From the IMG/VR virus record IMGVR_UViG_3300025174_000005: DNA of 64,000 bases; one strand, given 5' to 3'. Below, piece by piece: positions 1 to 10,683 of this stretch. How positions within the stretch are numbered: the stretch's first letter is position 1; the number at the start of each line of letters is the position of its first letter. The stretch is from a virus. The notes beneath the pieces are model-generated. The model was not told the origin of the DNA. It saw only the letters and a program-made list of their open reading frames with translations, and did not search any database. Made by a program: the position numbers and the translations under genes.

Positions 1-127
1 ACTTTACTGAGCAAATAAAGTATAAAGATTTTCAAATTGAGGTAGAAGCTCTCCGTGGCAAAACATTAGTTTGTTTTTGTAAACCCCATGCTTGCCATGG
101 AGATGTAATTGCCTCATACTTAAACAA
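1..127 (+). repeat. 127-bp exact direct repeat, copy 1 (copy 2 at 7519-7645); 3' end of a DUF4326-like gene
   Basis: Bases 1-127 match 7519-7645. The copies then differ (ctctc vs gact) and share atggagaataag again. The partial frame here ends SYLNNSHGE* at 143. Confidence 0.93.
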
Positions 128-154
128 CTCTCATGGAGAATAAGATAGGTTTTA

Positions 155-841
155 ATGTTTAATATTATATCAAATGGCTTGATGCTTTGGGAACCTAAAG
201 ATTTAATAGTTCGAAAGATGATTAGTCAGTATCTGATTACAAATTTAGAACTAGAGTCTCAGTTGATTAATAAGGCATTCTCATTTTATCATATAGATGC
301 GCCAACACTAATGCTACGCGAAAACATTAACTCTAGTTATACGCTTGATGATATTATGCCAGTTGAAAATCAAGAGTTGTCTTTGCGTCCTGAGACTACA
401 TTGGGTAGTTATTTATATGCTAAGTTTTTAATCGAAAAACTAGGTACAAGACATAGTATGCCAATGTGTGTGTTCCAGCAAGGTAAAAGCTATCGCAACG
501 AACAAGATAAGACAATTAAGCATATGAGGTTGAAAGAATTCTATCAATTAGAATTCCAATTTATTTATGATAAGACAACCAAAGCGGATTATCCAACATT
601 ATTAAGAGATGCTGCAATAAGATTAACGAAAGATCTCTTTTGTGGTTGCTATGATGTAATATTGGAAATATCAGATAGATTGCCTTCTTATTCAGAAGGC
701 ACCATAGATATTACAGTGGACAATTTAGAGGTTTGCTCTATGAGCAAACGAACTGATTTCTTATTGCCAAACATAAATGTATTTGAGATTGCGTTTGGAT
801 TAGATCGTCTAGTGTACTTGTATAGTAATAGGAGGTTATAA
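155..841 (+). CDS. Stand-alone class II aminoacyl-tRNA synthetase catalytic core (GlyRS/ProRS-like), no anticodon-binding domain
   Basis: LRPET, FQQGKSYRNE and RLKEFYQLEFQF (motif 2), EIAFGLDRL (motif 3); only 228 aa. Confidence 0.75.
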   Translation: MFNIISNGLMLWEPKDLIVRKMISQYLITNLELESQLINKAFSFYHIDAPTLMLRENINSSYTLDDIMPVENQELSLRPETTLGSYLYAKFLIEKLGTRHSMPMCVFQQGKSYRNEQDKTIKHMRLKEFYQLEFQFIYDKTTKADYPTLLRDAAIRLTKDLFCGCYDVILEISDRLPSYSEGTIDITVDNLEVCSMSKRTDFLLPNINVFEIAFGLDRLVYLYSNRRL

Positions 842-1837
842 GGAAAAATGTTTGGTAAGTTAATCACTAATATTACAAACAACATTAAATTAAAATTACA
901 CATGTATTTTAATAACTGGTTTAATAACTATGTAGCCAGCGATGAACAATTTAATTGTTCATCGCGTCAATTCTTAATTATGGCACAGCAGCGTATTAAA
1001 ACAGATTGGGGTAAGAGATGTTCTGAATATTGCTATGGATGTGGTACGTGTGGGGCATATCATGCTCTAGATATTCTAGAATTATTGTATGACACCAACA
1101 GAGAGGTGGGACCATATAACACACACCTGCATGATAGGTTATTGCCATTCAAAGATGAATTATTCTATCTACTGTCACCTCTTATAAATGATGTCAGTAA
1201 GGAATTAGAGATTAGAGTTAATCAACAAAAAGAGGATGTGGATACTTTAGATGCTGAGAACTAAAGTAAGAAGAAAGTGTGCTAAGTGTTCCTGGCGGAT
1301 GAAACCTAGCAAGGGATACATTGGTCATTATAATCATCCAAAAGAGACAGTATGTTCTTGCATTGTATATTTATGTCCTCAACATGCTAAGAATAAAGCA
1401 TATGTTGTTAGACCTATACTGAAAGATGAGTGTTATATGCCTATATCTGAGTGGATCACTAAACATAGTGTAAACAAATTGCAATGATAGTGAGGATTTA
1501 ATTATATGGATTCGGAATTTAATTTTGTGCGCCATGGCACATGGTGGACACTGCCATGGTATAAAAAACTTATGCGTTGGTTAAGGTATGTACCAATAGG
1601 ATATGTAATAGCTTATTCATATAATATACCTCATACCATAGCTTACATACTACATAGTTGTGGACTACCACTCAAACAAGCTATTGGATTGGGTCTTAAA
1701 AGTGAGACAGATAATACTGGTAATTTTAAATCAAGTGGTGTTTTTAGACCACAATTTCTTATTTCACTTGCCATAAGTCATATAGATACACAATTAGACA
1801 GAATGTATGTGTTAGATATTAAAGACTAAGGAGATTT

Positions 1838-3136
1838 ATGACTAACCTTCGTATATCTAGTAATGCATTAGTTATACTTGTGGGATGTAGCGGTTCAGGA
1901 AAATCTACCCTTGCTAAAAGACATTTTCCTCGTGAGTCGATAGTATCTTCAGACCAATGTAGAAGACTTATAAAACATGGCAAGTTAGATATGGTTTGTT
2001 CAGAGGCAGACCTTCAAGAGTATAATGATGGTGCTTTTCTTATATTTCATAATTGGATACGAGCCAAGTTAAAATATAATATGTTAACAGTAGTAGACGC
2101 TACTAATACTACCGATAAAGCTAGGACTAACATAGAAAATATAGCTAAAGAACAACACAAGCCCATAGTGTATATAATACTAACTACGCCACCAGTCTCA
2201 TGTATTAGTAATGATAAGCTACGACCGTTCCCTGTTGGGGAGAAGGTTATAGAGAAGCAATATCTACAGCTTATACACAGTCTAGACACATTTAAGAACA
2301 AAAAAGATATGAGTGTGTATTATTTAGATAATATAGATGATATATACATAGAAAATACTACTGTATCTTATGCTTTAGAATTAACCATACCCATACATCA
2401 TAAGAAAATAGATATTATAGGTGATGTACATGGCTGTTTAGATATATTAAAAGAATTACTCATTAAGTTAGGGTATACCACTAACAATGATGATTTCTAC
2501 GCTCATCCTGAGCGTATTTTTGTATTAACAGGGGACGTAATAGATAGAGGTCCCGATCCATATCTCACATTTGAGTTTGTTAGGACGCACGTAGAGTTTG
2601 GATATGCCCTCACAGTAATGGGTAACCACGAAAATAAATTCGCCAGATATTTAGCTGGCAGAGATGTAAAGATAAAACACGGACTACAAAAAACAATAGA
2701 TCAGCTAAATTATTTTAATGAAGATGGTTCATTTAATTTAGAAGATATGAAAGCCTTCTTATTTAAACTACCCCCATATTTAATATATGAAGGCTTATCT
2801 AAGCCTATTGTTATTACTCATGCTGCATTTAAAAAGGAATATTTAGGGCGGAGGGACAAAGAAGTAAAAGATTATTGTATGTATGGTCCGACCTGTGGTC
2901 GGGATCCAAACGATTTCCCTATACGTATACCGTGGGAAGATACATATGACGGACCAACTGTAGTATATGGTCATGTCGTATCTGAAGATCAGCAAATTAA
3001 AATCACTAATAATACATATGGAATAGATACAGGTGCTGTTTTTGGTGGTTCACTTTCAGCACTTCGTCTACCTGAATTTGATATTGTATCTATTCCTGCT
3101 AAACAAACTTACTTTGGGAGGTATGCCGATGGCTAA
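1838..3136 (+). CDS. Polynucleotide kinase-phosphatase (Pnkp-like: P-loop kinase plus metallophosphoesterase)
   Basis: GCSGSGKST Walker A, VVDATN, then GDVHG / GDVIDRG / GNHE / GHV / IDTGAVFGG phosphoesterase motifs; no C-terminal ligase domain. Confidence 0.88.
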   Translation: MTNLRISSNALVILVGCSGSGKSTLAKRHFPRESIVSSDQCRRLIKHGKLDMVCSEADLQEYNDGAFLIFHNWIRAKLKYNMLTVVDATNTTDKARTNIENIAKEQHKPIVYIILTTPPVSCISNDKLRPFPVGEKVIEKQYLQLIHSLDTFKNKKDMSVYYLDNIDDIYIENTTVSYALELTIPIHHKKIDIIGDVHGCLDILKELLIKLGYTTNNDDFYAHPERIFVLTGDVIDRGPDPYLTFEFVRTHVEFGYALTVMGNHENKFARYLAGRDVKIKHGLQKTIDQLNYFNEDGSFNLEDMKAFLFKLPPYLIYEGLSKPIVITHAAFKKEYLGRRDKEVKDYCMYGPTCGRDPNDFPIRIPWEDTYDGPTVVYGHVVSEDQQIKITNNTYGIDTGAVFGGSLSALRLPEFDIVSIPAKQTYFGRYADG

Positions 3137-3330
3137 GCAATTAGATTTATATGAATATGGTATGTTAGAAGGATTTCATGCCGCTAAGGTAAGAGATCCA
3201 TCCAGTGGTAAGATGCTAACGATTCTAGGTACAACCTTAACAGAAGTAATAGATAAGGTAGAAAACATTCTTAGAAGTAGTGGTATTAAATACACCTTAG
3301 ATTAAAAACATTTAAAGGAGATGAATAATT

Positions 3331-3633
3331 ATGACTAGGCAAGAGGAAGCATTACGTACTAAGTTAAAAAGCATGGATGCTAAATTAAAATTTAGTTATA
3401 CTACAGATAATGAATTTAGAAGAGTTACAAATGCTGTTATCTTCCATATAGATCGTTACTTTATGGGATTTGCTACGTGTAGTAAAGAAGATGGTTTTAA
3501 TAGAAAAATAGGTAGATCAATTGCCCTTGGCAGAGCCTATAGAATGTTAGGATCTAACCTATCTACTTCTATAAGAGAAGTACCTCTACATCTTAGGTTT
3601 GATAGTAAGGAAATCGTAAGCGATGCCTCGTAA
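3331..3633 (+). CDS. Conserved phage hypothetical protein
   Basis: GFATCSKEDGFNRKIGRSIALGRA resembles a recurrent small phage family; RBS aaggag upstream. Confidence 0.45.
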   Translation: MTRQEEALRTKLKSMDAKLKFSYTTDNEFRRVTNAVIFHIDRYFMGFATCSKEDGFNRKIGRSIALGRAYRMLGSNLSTSIREVPLHLRFDSKEIVSDAS

Positions 3634-4954
3634 GCGTAAGGAGAAGACCATAGAAGAACAATCTCTCCTTGAGTTTTCTGCTGACACAGGAGAAATAACC
3701 ATAGAACAACAGCGAAAGGCATTTGTACAGAATAATACAAGAGAATTTGTAGATAGTAACTTAACTAAAGAAGAAGCCAGTGAGATGATAGGTGCTAAAT
3801 CTAAGAACCTACAACCTTTTGATATTACTACGCCGCAAGGACATAACGTGGTTGGTTTTATATGTATGCAATTAGACAATAGGTTGGGTTGCTTAGTAAT
3901 AGATAAAGTAAATGGGGAACATACCAAGCAAGTAGTTTTCGGTATGCCTAAGACCCGTTATCCATACGGAGCTAATGGTGTTATAAATATACCTACAGGA
4001 CCCATACAAATTACTGCTAAGCTCGATGGGACAAATATAACTTTTTACCCTTTGAAAAATGCAAAGGGAGACATAATAGAAATAGTACCTAAGGTACGTA
4101 GAAATGCCATGTGTGGACCCTCACCAGTAGACCCCACTATCAACTACCTAGATCTATCTTTGGATATGTTACAGAGACATCCAGCTATCTCTAAGTGTAT
4201 ATTAGAAACAGGATACAGTATCTCAACTGAACTATATGGTTATAAAAATCCGCATATGGTAGCGTATTCTAATCCATTAGATATACGTATACTAATATTC
4301 CTAGACCAAAGTAGGGTAGTAAGTATAAAGGAAGAGCAAGGGCTCTTATCTAAATATGATCTAGCTGGACCTATGATACATTTTCATCAGAATGCACAAG
4401 CACCCAAATATTATCACTCATCCAATGCATTCTTTAATACCTATGGTATAAGATCAACACAAGACTTTAGCAATATAGAACAAACTTATCGTAATATTCA
4501 GCAATTATACGAGGGTATCAATAGAAATGCAGGTAAGTTTATATTAGAAGGTAGTATGTGGGCAGTAGATGTAAATGGTTGTAAGGTTATCCTTAAGTGT
4601 AAGCCTCCAACAGTAGAAGAGAAACACTTCTTAGAAGCAGGTGGCATACATGACCAGATAATAGAGCAAACCATTAGGAAGGCGATGGAAATACCTAGTA
4701 GTGATATGTTAGAAATATGTAAACAACTACTTATTGAAGATGGTTACTCGGTTAGAGCAATACAGCAACACGAACTTAGGATAACTAATGCCATTAAACA
4801 AATCATTCACGTTAATAAACTACGATTATTTGTGGAAGAGGTATGTATGAATATGAATAGTAGAGAACCACGTGTAGTTATGCCTATACTCCATAAGGAA
4901 TGTGGTAAGGATAACAATGGATTATTATTCCAATTATTGACAAAACAAATATGA
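3623..4954 (+). CDS. ATP-dependent RNA ligase-like nucleotidyltransferase
   Basis: KLDGTN (motif I KxDG), ELYG (motif III), EGSM / LKCK (motif IV/V-like); lies downstream of Pnkp. Confidence 0.65.
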   Translation: MPRKRKEKTIEEQSLLEFSADTGEITIEQQRKAFVQNNTREFVDSNLTKEEASEMIGAKSKNLQPFDITTPQGHNVVGFICMQLDNRLGCLVIDKVNGEHTKQVVFGMPKTRYPYGANGVINIPTGPIQITAKLDGTNITFYPLKNAKGDIIEIVPKVRRNAMCGPSPVDPTINYLDLSLDMLQRHPAISKCILETGYSISTELYGYKNPHMVAYSNPLDIRILIFLDQSRVVSIKEEQGLLSKYDLAGPMIHFHQNAQAPKYYHSSNAFFNTYGIRSTQDFSNIEQTYRNIQQLYEGINRNAGKFILEGSMWAVDVNGCKVILKCKPPTVEEKHFLEAGGIHDQIIEQTIRKAMEIPSSDMLEICKQLLIEDGYSVRAIQQHELRITNAIKQIIHVNKLRLFVEEVCMNMNSREPRVVMPILHKECGKDNNGLLFQLLTKQI

Positions 4955-5187
4955 ATATAGAAGAAATAGAAGCCAATCAAATTCTTACATATCCATGTTT
5001 GTTTGACATTGGAATTTCATATATTTCTCAGGCTAATAAAGAAGCAACAAAAGAACTATGGTGTTGTGGCATTAGCCCTTCTAGTATTTTAAATATGCGA
5101 GTGGATTACTATACCCATCTAAAAAATAGATATCATATTAATAAAACCTCATTAAATAGTCTTGCAAGGTTATTGCTAGGTATATGA
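4951..5187 (+). CDS. Small ORF with the conserved C-terminal LLGI tag
   Basis: Ends TSLNSLARLLLGI*. Confidence 0.6.
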   Translation: MNIEEIEANQILTYPCLFDIGISYISQANKEATKELWCCGISPSSILNMRVDYYTHLKNRYHINKTSLNSLARLLLGI

Positions 5188-5426
5188 TTAAACCTGGAGA
5201 TATAATCTTAGGCACAAATGAAAGTAAAACTTGTTGGTTTGTATCACAGTTAAATAAAGATATGGTTGAAAATTGGGCTATAAGCGGTACCCCAACAGGA
5301 TTATGCTCACTAAGTATGTTACGTTCAGTAAGTGACTTGGTCAATAACTATAATTTTACTGTTGTAAAAGCAACACCGTATAATATAGTAAATTCTCTGT
5401 TAAACTTAGGAGAGGAGGTTATATGA
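5184..5426 (+). CDS. Small ORF with the conserved C-terminal tag
   Basis: Ends ATPYNIVNSLLNLGEEVI*. Confidence 0.6.
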   Translation: MIKPGDIILGTNESKTCWFVSQLNKDMVENWAISGTPTGLCSLSMLRSVSDLVNNYNFTVVKATPYNIVNSLLNLGEEVI

Positions 5427-6379
5427 GACTTGAAGATATTGGATTCTATACACTCTCAGATGAGAGAGCTCAAACATCTAGTATTTATACACCATTGTGG
5501 CGCTGCGAGTTAATACTTGGTGCTAGATGTAACTTCAGGTGCCCTTATTGTAGACATATTGGTGGTAGGGATCTAGCACAAAGTAAGGCAGAGGATATTG
5601 TTAGGTTGTGGGCTAACCAAGGACTGAAAAATATTAGGTTTTCAGGAGGAGAACCCACCCTTCAGCCAGGACTCACTAATCTTGTTAAACTATCTAAAGA
5701 ATTAGATATTGAACGCATCGCAATCTCCACTAATGGTTCTGCAGACTATGAATTATATCAGTCTCTTATAGATGAAGGTGCTAATGACCTTTCTATATCA
5801 TTAGATGCGTGTTGTGCAGAAGATGGTGATAAGATGGCAGGTAATAAGAAGGGTTCATGGAATAAAGTAGTTGATAATATTAGACAACTATCTAAACTCA
5901 CATATGTTACTGTAGGAGTTGTGTTGACCGATCAGAATATATCAATTGTTAATGAGACAATTGAATTTGCGCATAACTTAGGAGTGTCTGATATTAGAAT
6001 TATACCAGCTGCACAAAATGGAGATAAGCTTAAGAATATTTATGTCAACAAAGAATTACTAGATGTTCATCCTATCTTAAGATATAGAGTGCAGAATATA
6101 CAAAACGGGCTTACAGTAAGAGGATTATCTTCAAATGATCCCAATAGATGTTCGCTTGTGCTCGATGATATGGCTGTTATGGGAGAAGAACACTATCCAT
6201 GTATTATTTACATGAGAGAGCAAGGCAAACCAATTGGGAAGGTTGGACTAAACATGAGATTGGAAAGAGAGGAGTGGTCGAAGAATCACGACACCCATAA
6301 AGATCCTATATGTAAAAAGAATTGTTTAGATGTATGTATAAACTTTAATAGGAAGAGGTGGAGGACAATATGGAAGTAA
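5423..6379 (+). CDS. Radical SAM protein
   Basis: CNFRCPYC (CxxxCxxC), FSGGEP, ISTNG, C-terminal Cys cluster. Confidence 0.9.
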   Translation: MRLEDIGFYTLSDERAQTSSIYTPLWRCELILGARCNFRCPYCRHIGGRDLAQSKAEDIVRLWANQGLKNIRFSGGEPTLQPGLTNLVKLSKELDIERIAISTNGSADYELYQSLIDEGANDLSISLDACCAEDGDKMAGNKKGSWNKVVDNIRQLSKLTYVTVGVVLTDQNISIVNETIEFAHNLGVSDIRIIPAAQNGDKLKNIYVNKELLDVHPILRYRVQNIQNGLTVRGLSSNDPNRCSLVLDDMAVMGEEHYPCIIYMREQGKPIGKVGLNMRLEREEWSKNHDTHKDPICKKNCLDVCINFNRKRWRTIWK

Positions 6380-7352
6380 AAATTAAGTCAGAAATAGGTA
6401 GTATACGATGGGAATTACCCTCATGGTTTACTAAACAACTTAAAGGTAAAAAAGATGCTAACACTGCTCTTAAAGTAGTTAGTAAAGAGATAATAGGAAG
6501 CGTATGTGGTACTGTCTTGGCCCTGCTTGTTGTTGGCAATATCATTGGAGAAGAGAAAGCCAAGAAATACTTTAGTAAATTACAGAAAGCACTATATGAC
6601 ATCTCAGACAGTTCATGTAAAAACATTACGAAGTATTTAAACAAAAAGAAATGATGATAATAGAAGTGGTGATTTAATCTTAGCTATCTTGCTCCGCTTC
6701 TTTACTGCCAACCCACCAGGACCATTATGGAGATATGCCGCATGGGTAGACATGATGTTGTTTCTTATAACTGTGTTTTTATTCATACGATTCATTTATG
6801 ATGTTTATAAATATACTACTCAAACCGAGTATATATTGGAGAAGTTTTTTGAGAATCTGGAAGATGTGCTACGATAAACTCACGTCAGTGAGTGAAAAGG
6901 ACCAGCAGAAGTTCGTCTCTTCTTTAGAAGGGATAGGCGATATACTTGTTTTTGAAGTAGAACGAGGTAATAGGAACAAGCTTGTTGTAGATGCTCTCAA
7001 GAGACTTAAGAGCAAGATAGCTCGATTGTTCTTGCTCAAGCAAACTAATCCCAACAAGTTCGAACAGCTTTTATTTAGTAAGGAATTTTTTAAGTTGTAT
7101 CGCGAAAACAAACAAAAAGCTCAATTGAGATTAGAGTGGGCGCCAGATAAATATTTGATATCATTTTCTACTGGAATTAACCAATTAGTTAGAATTCATA
7201 GAACAGCATTGGCCAATAAGAATGATGAGATAAGTAGAAATGCAACGTACCAACTGACTTCCTTACTAGCCGATCTTGTTAAACTTCCAGGGCTAGGTTT
7301 GTTTGTAGAAGAGTTGCAGAACCATCTTAGAGATGTTAAGGAGAGTATATAA

Positions 7353-7667
7353 ATGGATAATACACTTAAAACCAAGGTAATACATATAAAAGAAGCGCCT
7401 TCTGATTTTAAGGGAAATCCTTTATATGTATATATTGGACGACCAAGTATGTTTGGTAATCCATTTGCAATTACGGCAACAACCTCACGGAGTGAGGTTG
7501 TTGCCTTGTTTAGAGAATACTTTACTGAGCAAATAAAGTATAAAGATTTTCAAATTGAGGTAGAAGCTCTCCGTGGCAAAACATTAGTTTGTTTTTGTAA
7601 ACCCCATGCTTGCCATGGAGATGTAATTGCCTCATACTTAAACAAGACTATGGAGAATAAGAAATGA
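7353..7667 (+). CDS. DUF4326-family protein
   Basis: YVYIGRPSMFGNPF and LRGKTLVCFCKPHACHGDVIA. Confidence 0.85.
   Translation: MDNTLKTKVIHIKEAPSDFKGNPLYVYIGRPSMFGNPFAITATTSRSEVVALFREYFTEQIKYKDFQIEVEALRGKTLVCFCKPHACHGDVIASYLNKTMENKK
7519..7645 (+). repeat. 127-bp exact direct repeat, copy 2
   Basis: Identical to bases 1-127. Confidence 0.93.
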
Positions 7668-8423
7668 TAATAACAGAAGTAGAGTTTATTAAACAATTTT
7701 TAGAAAAATACAACCTTCCTATGTTCTGTACTATAGATAATGTAGAAGGTAAGACTATTAAGAGATGTGAGTATAGCGATAGCTATTTATTTATAATATT
7801 TGATGACAATACATATACAGTAGTTGAACCTGAACACAAATATAATTATGATGATGACTGTACAAGCATACTAAAATTTCAAAATCATTATTGTACTATG
7901 ATAAGCTATTGTTATCCCGAACTATTAAAAATACATGAAAAAGAATGGCGAGAAGTTCAAAAACAAAATAGAGAAGAAATATTTGGATCAATTAATGAAG
8001 AAAAAGCCAAACGAACTATAAAAACTCAAGCAACTGAATACGAAAGGTATCTTAAGTTAAAAAAGAAGTTTGAACCCCTAACTTAGTAATGCAAAGATCT
8101 ATAGGAGGTATATAGATGGAAGTAAGATTTGAAAGTAGTGCTGGTAATTTAATATGGCATTTACCTAAAGACTTCAGCAATACATTTAATAATGCACCAC
8201 CAGAAATAAAACATGCTTTATTAAAGGTTAACCAGGAAATAGTTGAAAAGTTATGTTCTTTTTTACTTGGTGTACAAAGAAGCGTTCCTTTTTTAGGACC
8301 TAAGGTGTCCTTAGAATTAATAGACGATCTTTTGGGGACCATGGATAGACTAGCTAGAAAGGCATTAAGTGAGCTAGAGAAACACAAAGACAATCCTATG
8401 ATATAAAATATAAGAGGTGACAT

Positions 8424-9221
8424 ATGATATTCTTAAATAATGTGCCTATTGTTCCAACTATATTTCCTGACGGAACATCTCAAGTATGGAAGCTTGATCC
8501 GAATTTATTAGAACCATCACCATCTAATAAGATTAGATGGGACTTTTCTCATGAAGGAGAGTTTATACAACTAGCTCAACTTGTTATGTTACTTAAACAT
8601 TATGGATGTAATTCAACACTAGAAATTAAATACCTGCCCTATGGCAGACAAGACAAAGAGATATCCAACAAAACTACATTTGCTCTACATGTTTTTGCTA
8701 AGTTACTTAACACATTAGATCTAAAAGAAGTTATAATACATGACCCGCACAGTGAAGCTGCATTACAACTTATTAACAACTCACAGGCTATATATCCCTA
8801 TGCGGAACTTGATGTTATTATTGCTGAAATAGGAACCAATATGATTTGTTTTCCAGATGCAGGAGCACGCAGTAAATATGCTAAGGAATATATAGTGGAT
8901 TGTCCATTTATATATGGAGAGAAAAAGAGAAATCAATTAACAGGCAATATATTTAATTATATTTTAATAGGTGATCCATCTAATAAAAATGTATTAATTG
9001 TGGATGACATATGTGATGGGGGTATGACATTTAAGTTGTTAGCTAAAGAATTATTAGAGAAGGGAGCCAATGAAGTTAACTTATTTGTTACTCATGGTAT
9101 ATTTTCGAAAGGTTTAAAAACCCTCTACGAATCGGGTATTAACTACATCTTTACTCAAAATGGGGAGGTGAGTGAATTGAAGGGAGAAATAACATACAGG
9201 AGGTTGGCTTATCATGCATAG
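8424..9221 (+). CDS. Ribose-phosphate pyrophosphokinase homolog (PRS / Adps-like)
   Basis: FPDG, YLPYGRQDK, DPHS, FPDAGA, LIVDDICDGGMTF (PRPP loop), VTHGIFS. Confidence 0.9.
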   Translation: MIFLNNVPIVPTIFPDGTSQVWKLDPNLLEPSPSNKIRWDFSHEGEFIQLAQLVMLLKHYGCNSTLEIKYLPYGRQDKEISNKTTFALHVFAKLLNTLDLKEVIIHDPHSEAALQLINNSQAIYPYAELDVIIAEIGTNMICFPDAGARSKYAKEYIVDCPFIYGEKKRNQLTGNIFNYILIGDPSNKNVLIVDDICDGGMTFKLLAKELLEKGANEVNLFVTHGIFSKGLKTLYESGINYIFTQNGEVSELKGEITYRRLAYHA

Positions 9222-10683
9222 CCTATCGGCTATGTTACTATGTGATTTCTATAAGCTATCACACAGAGCAATGTACCCTGTAGGTACGGAGATGGTATAC
9301 TCTACGTGGACTCCGCGAGTTAGTAGAATACAAGGTATTGATAGTGTGGTTGTCTTTGGACTACAGGCTTTTATTAAGAAGTATCTAATTACCTTTTTTA
9401 AAGAACATTTTTTTGATAGGCCCAAAGAAGAAGTTGTAAAAGAATATGTTCGTATAGTTAGATCTACTCTAGGAGTTACTAACCCAGAAACACAGCACAT
9501 AGAGGACCTACATGATCTGGGTTATTTACCACTGTCAATTAAGGCTCTACCTGAGGGTACGTTAGTACCCATTCATGTACCTATGCTTACAATACAAAAC
9601 ACACATCCTAAATTCTTTTGGTTAACAAATTATATAGAAACATTGGCTTCATGTGAGCTATGGCAGGCGTCTACTTCAGCCACCATAGCACATGAATACA
9701 GACGCATACTTGATAAAGCAGCAATGGATACCGTAGGTAACATAGACTTCGTTCAATTTCAAGGACATGATTTCTCTATGCGTGGCATGTCATCATTAGA
9801 TTCAGCTATATCTAGTGGTATGGGGCACCTGCTATCATTTGTAGGGACAGATACAATACCAGCTATACAGGGCGCAGAAATATACTATAGTGCTAACGTA
9901 GAGACAGAATTAGTAGGCACTTCTATACCAGCTACAGAACATAGTATACAATGTGCATATGGCAATGATGAAGAATATCTACGCAATATAATAAATCGAG
10001 TACACCCATCAGGATTTGTATCTATAGTATCAGACGGATATGATTTTTGGGATGTAGTGGGTAGAGTAGTTCCTATACTTAAGGATGATATCCTGACACG
10101 AAATGGAAGGGTGGTGATACGTCCCGACAGTGGCGATCCAGTATTGATAGTGTGCGGCGATCCTAATGGAGAAACGGAACTAATCAAGAAAGGTGCTATA
10201 GAGGCTTTATGGGATATATTTGGTGGGACTATTACAGAGAAGGGATATAAATTACTTGATTCTCATATAGGATTAATATATGGTGATGCTATCACTATGC
10301 ATCGTGCTGAAGAAATAGTTACTCGTCTAGCAGCTAAAGGGTTTGCTTCTATTAATGCTGTCTTTGGTATCGGGTCGTATACCTATCAATATAATACTCG
10401 TGATACTTTTGGTTTTGCTTTGAAGTCAACTCTATGTGTTATTGATGGTGAAGAAAAACAAATCTTTAAAGATCCTAAGACAGATAGTGGTATGAAGAAA
10501 TCTCAAAGAGGTAGAGTAGCAGTAGTATCTATTGGTGAAGACAATCAGCTTATATACATTGATAAACTACCAGAAAATCACATATTCAACGATCAACTAA
10601 TAGAAGTTCACCGCGATGGTAAATTACTAGTCGAGCATACTTTTGCTGATATCAGAGCAAGGCTTAATAGCTATGCAATATAA
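9214..10683 (+). CDS. Nicotinamide phosphoribosyltransferase homolog (NAMPT / Namat-like)
   Basis: DFYKLSH, HDFSMRG, GTDTIPA, IPATEHS, VSDGYD, IRPDSGDP, YGDAIT, GIGSYTY, KDPKTD; overlaps the PRS stop. Confidence 0.92.
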   Translation: MHSLSAMLLCDFYKLSHRAMYPVGTEMVYSTWTPRVSRIQGIDSVVVFGLQAFIKKYLITFFKEHFFDRPKEEVVKEYVRIVRSTLGVTNPETQHIEDLHDLGYLPLSIKALPEGTLVPIHVPMLTIQNTHPKFFWLTNYIETLASCELWQASTSATIAHEYRRILDKAAMDTVGNIDFVQFQGHDFSMRGMSSLDSAISSGMGHLLSFVGTDTIPAIQGAEIYYSANVETELVGTSIPATEHSIQCAYGNDEEYLRNIINRVHPSGFVSIVSDGYDFWDVVGRVVPILKDDILTRNGRVVIRPDSGDPVLIVCGDPNGETELIKKGAIEALWDIFGGTITEKGYKLLDSHIGLIYGDAITMHRAEEIVTRLAAKGFASINAVFGIGSYTYQYNTRDTFGFALKSTLCVIDGEEKQIFKDPKTDSGMKKSQRGRVAVVSIGEDNQLIYIDKLPENHIFNDQLIEVHRDGKLLVEHTFADIRARLNSYAI

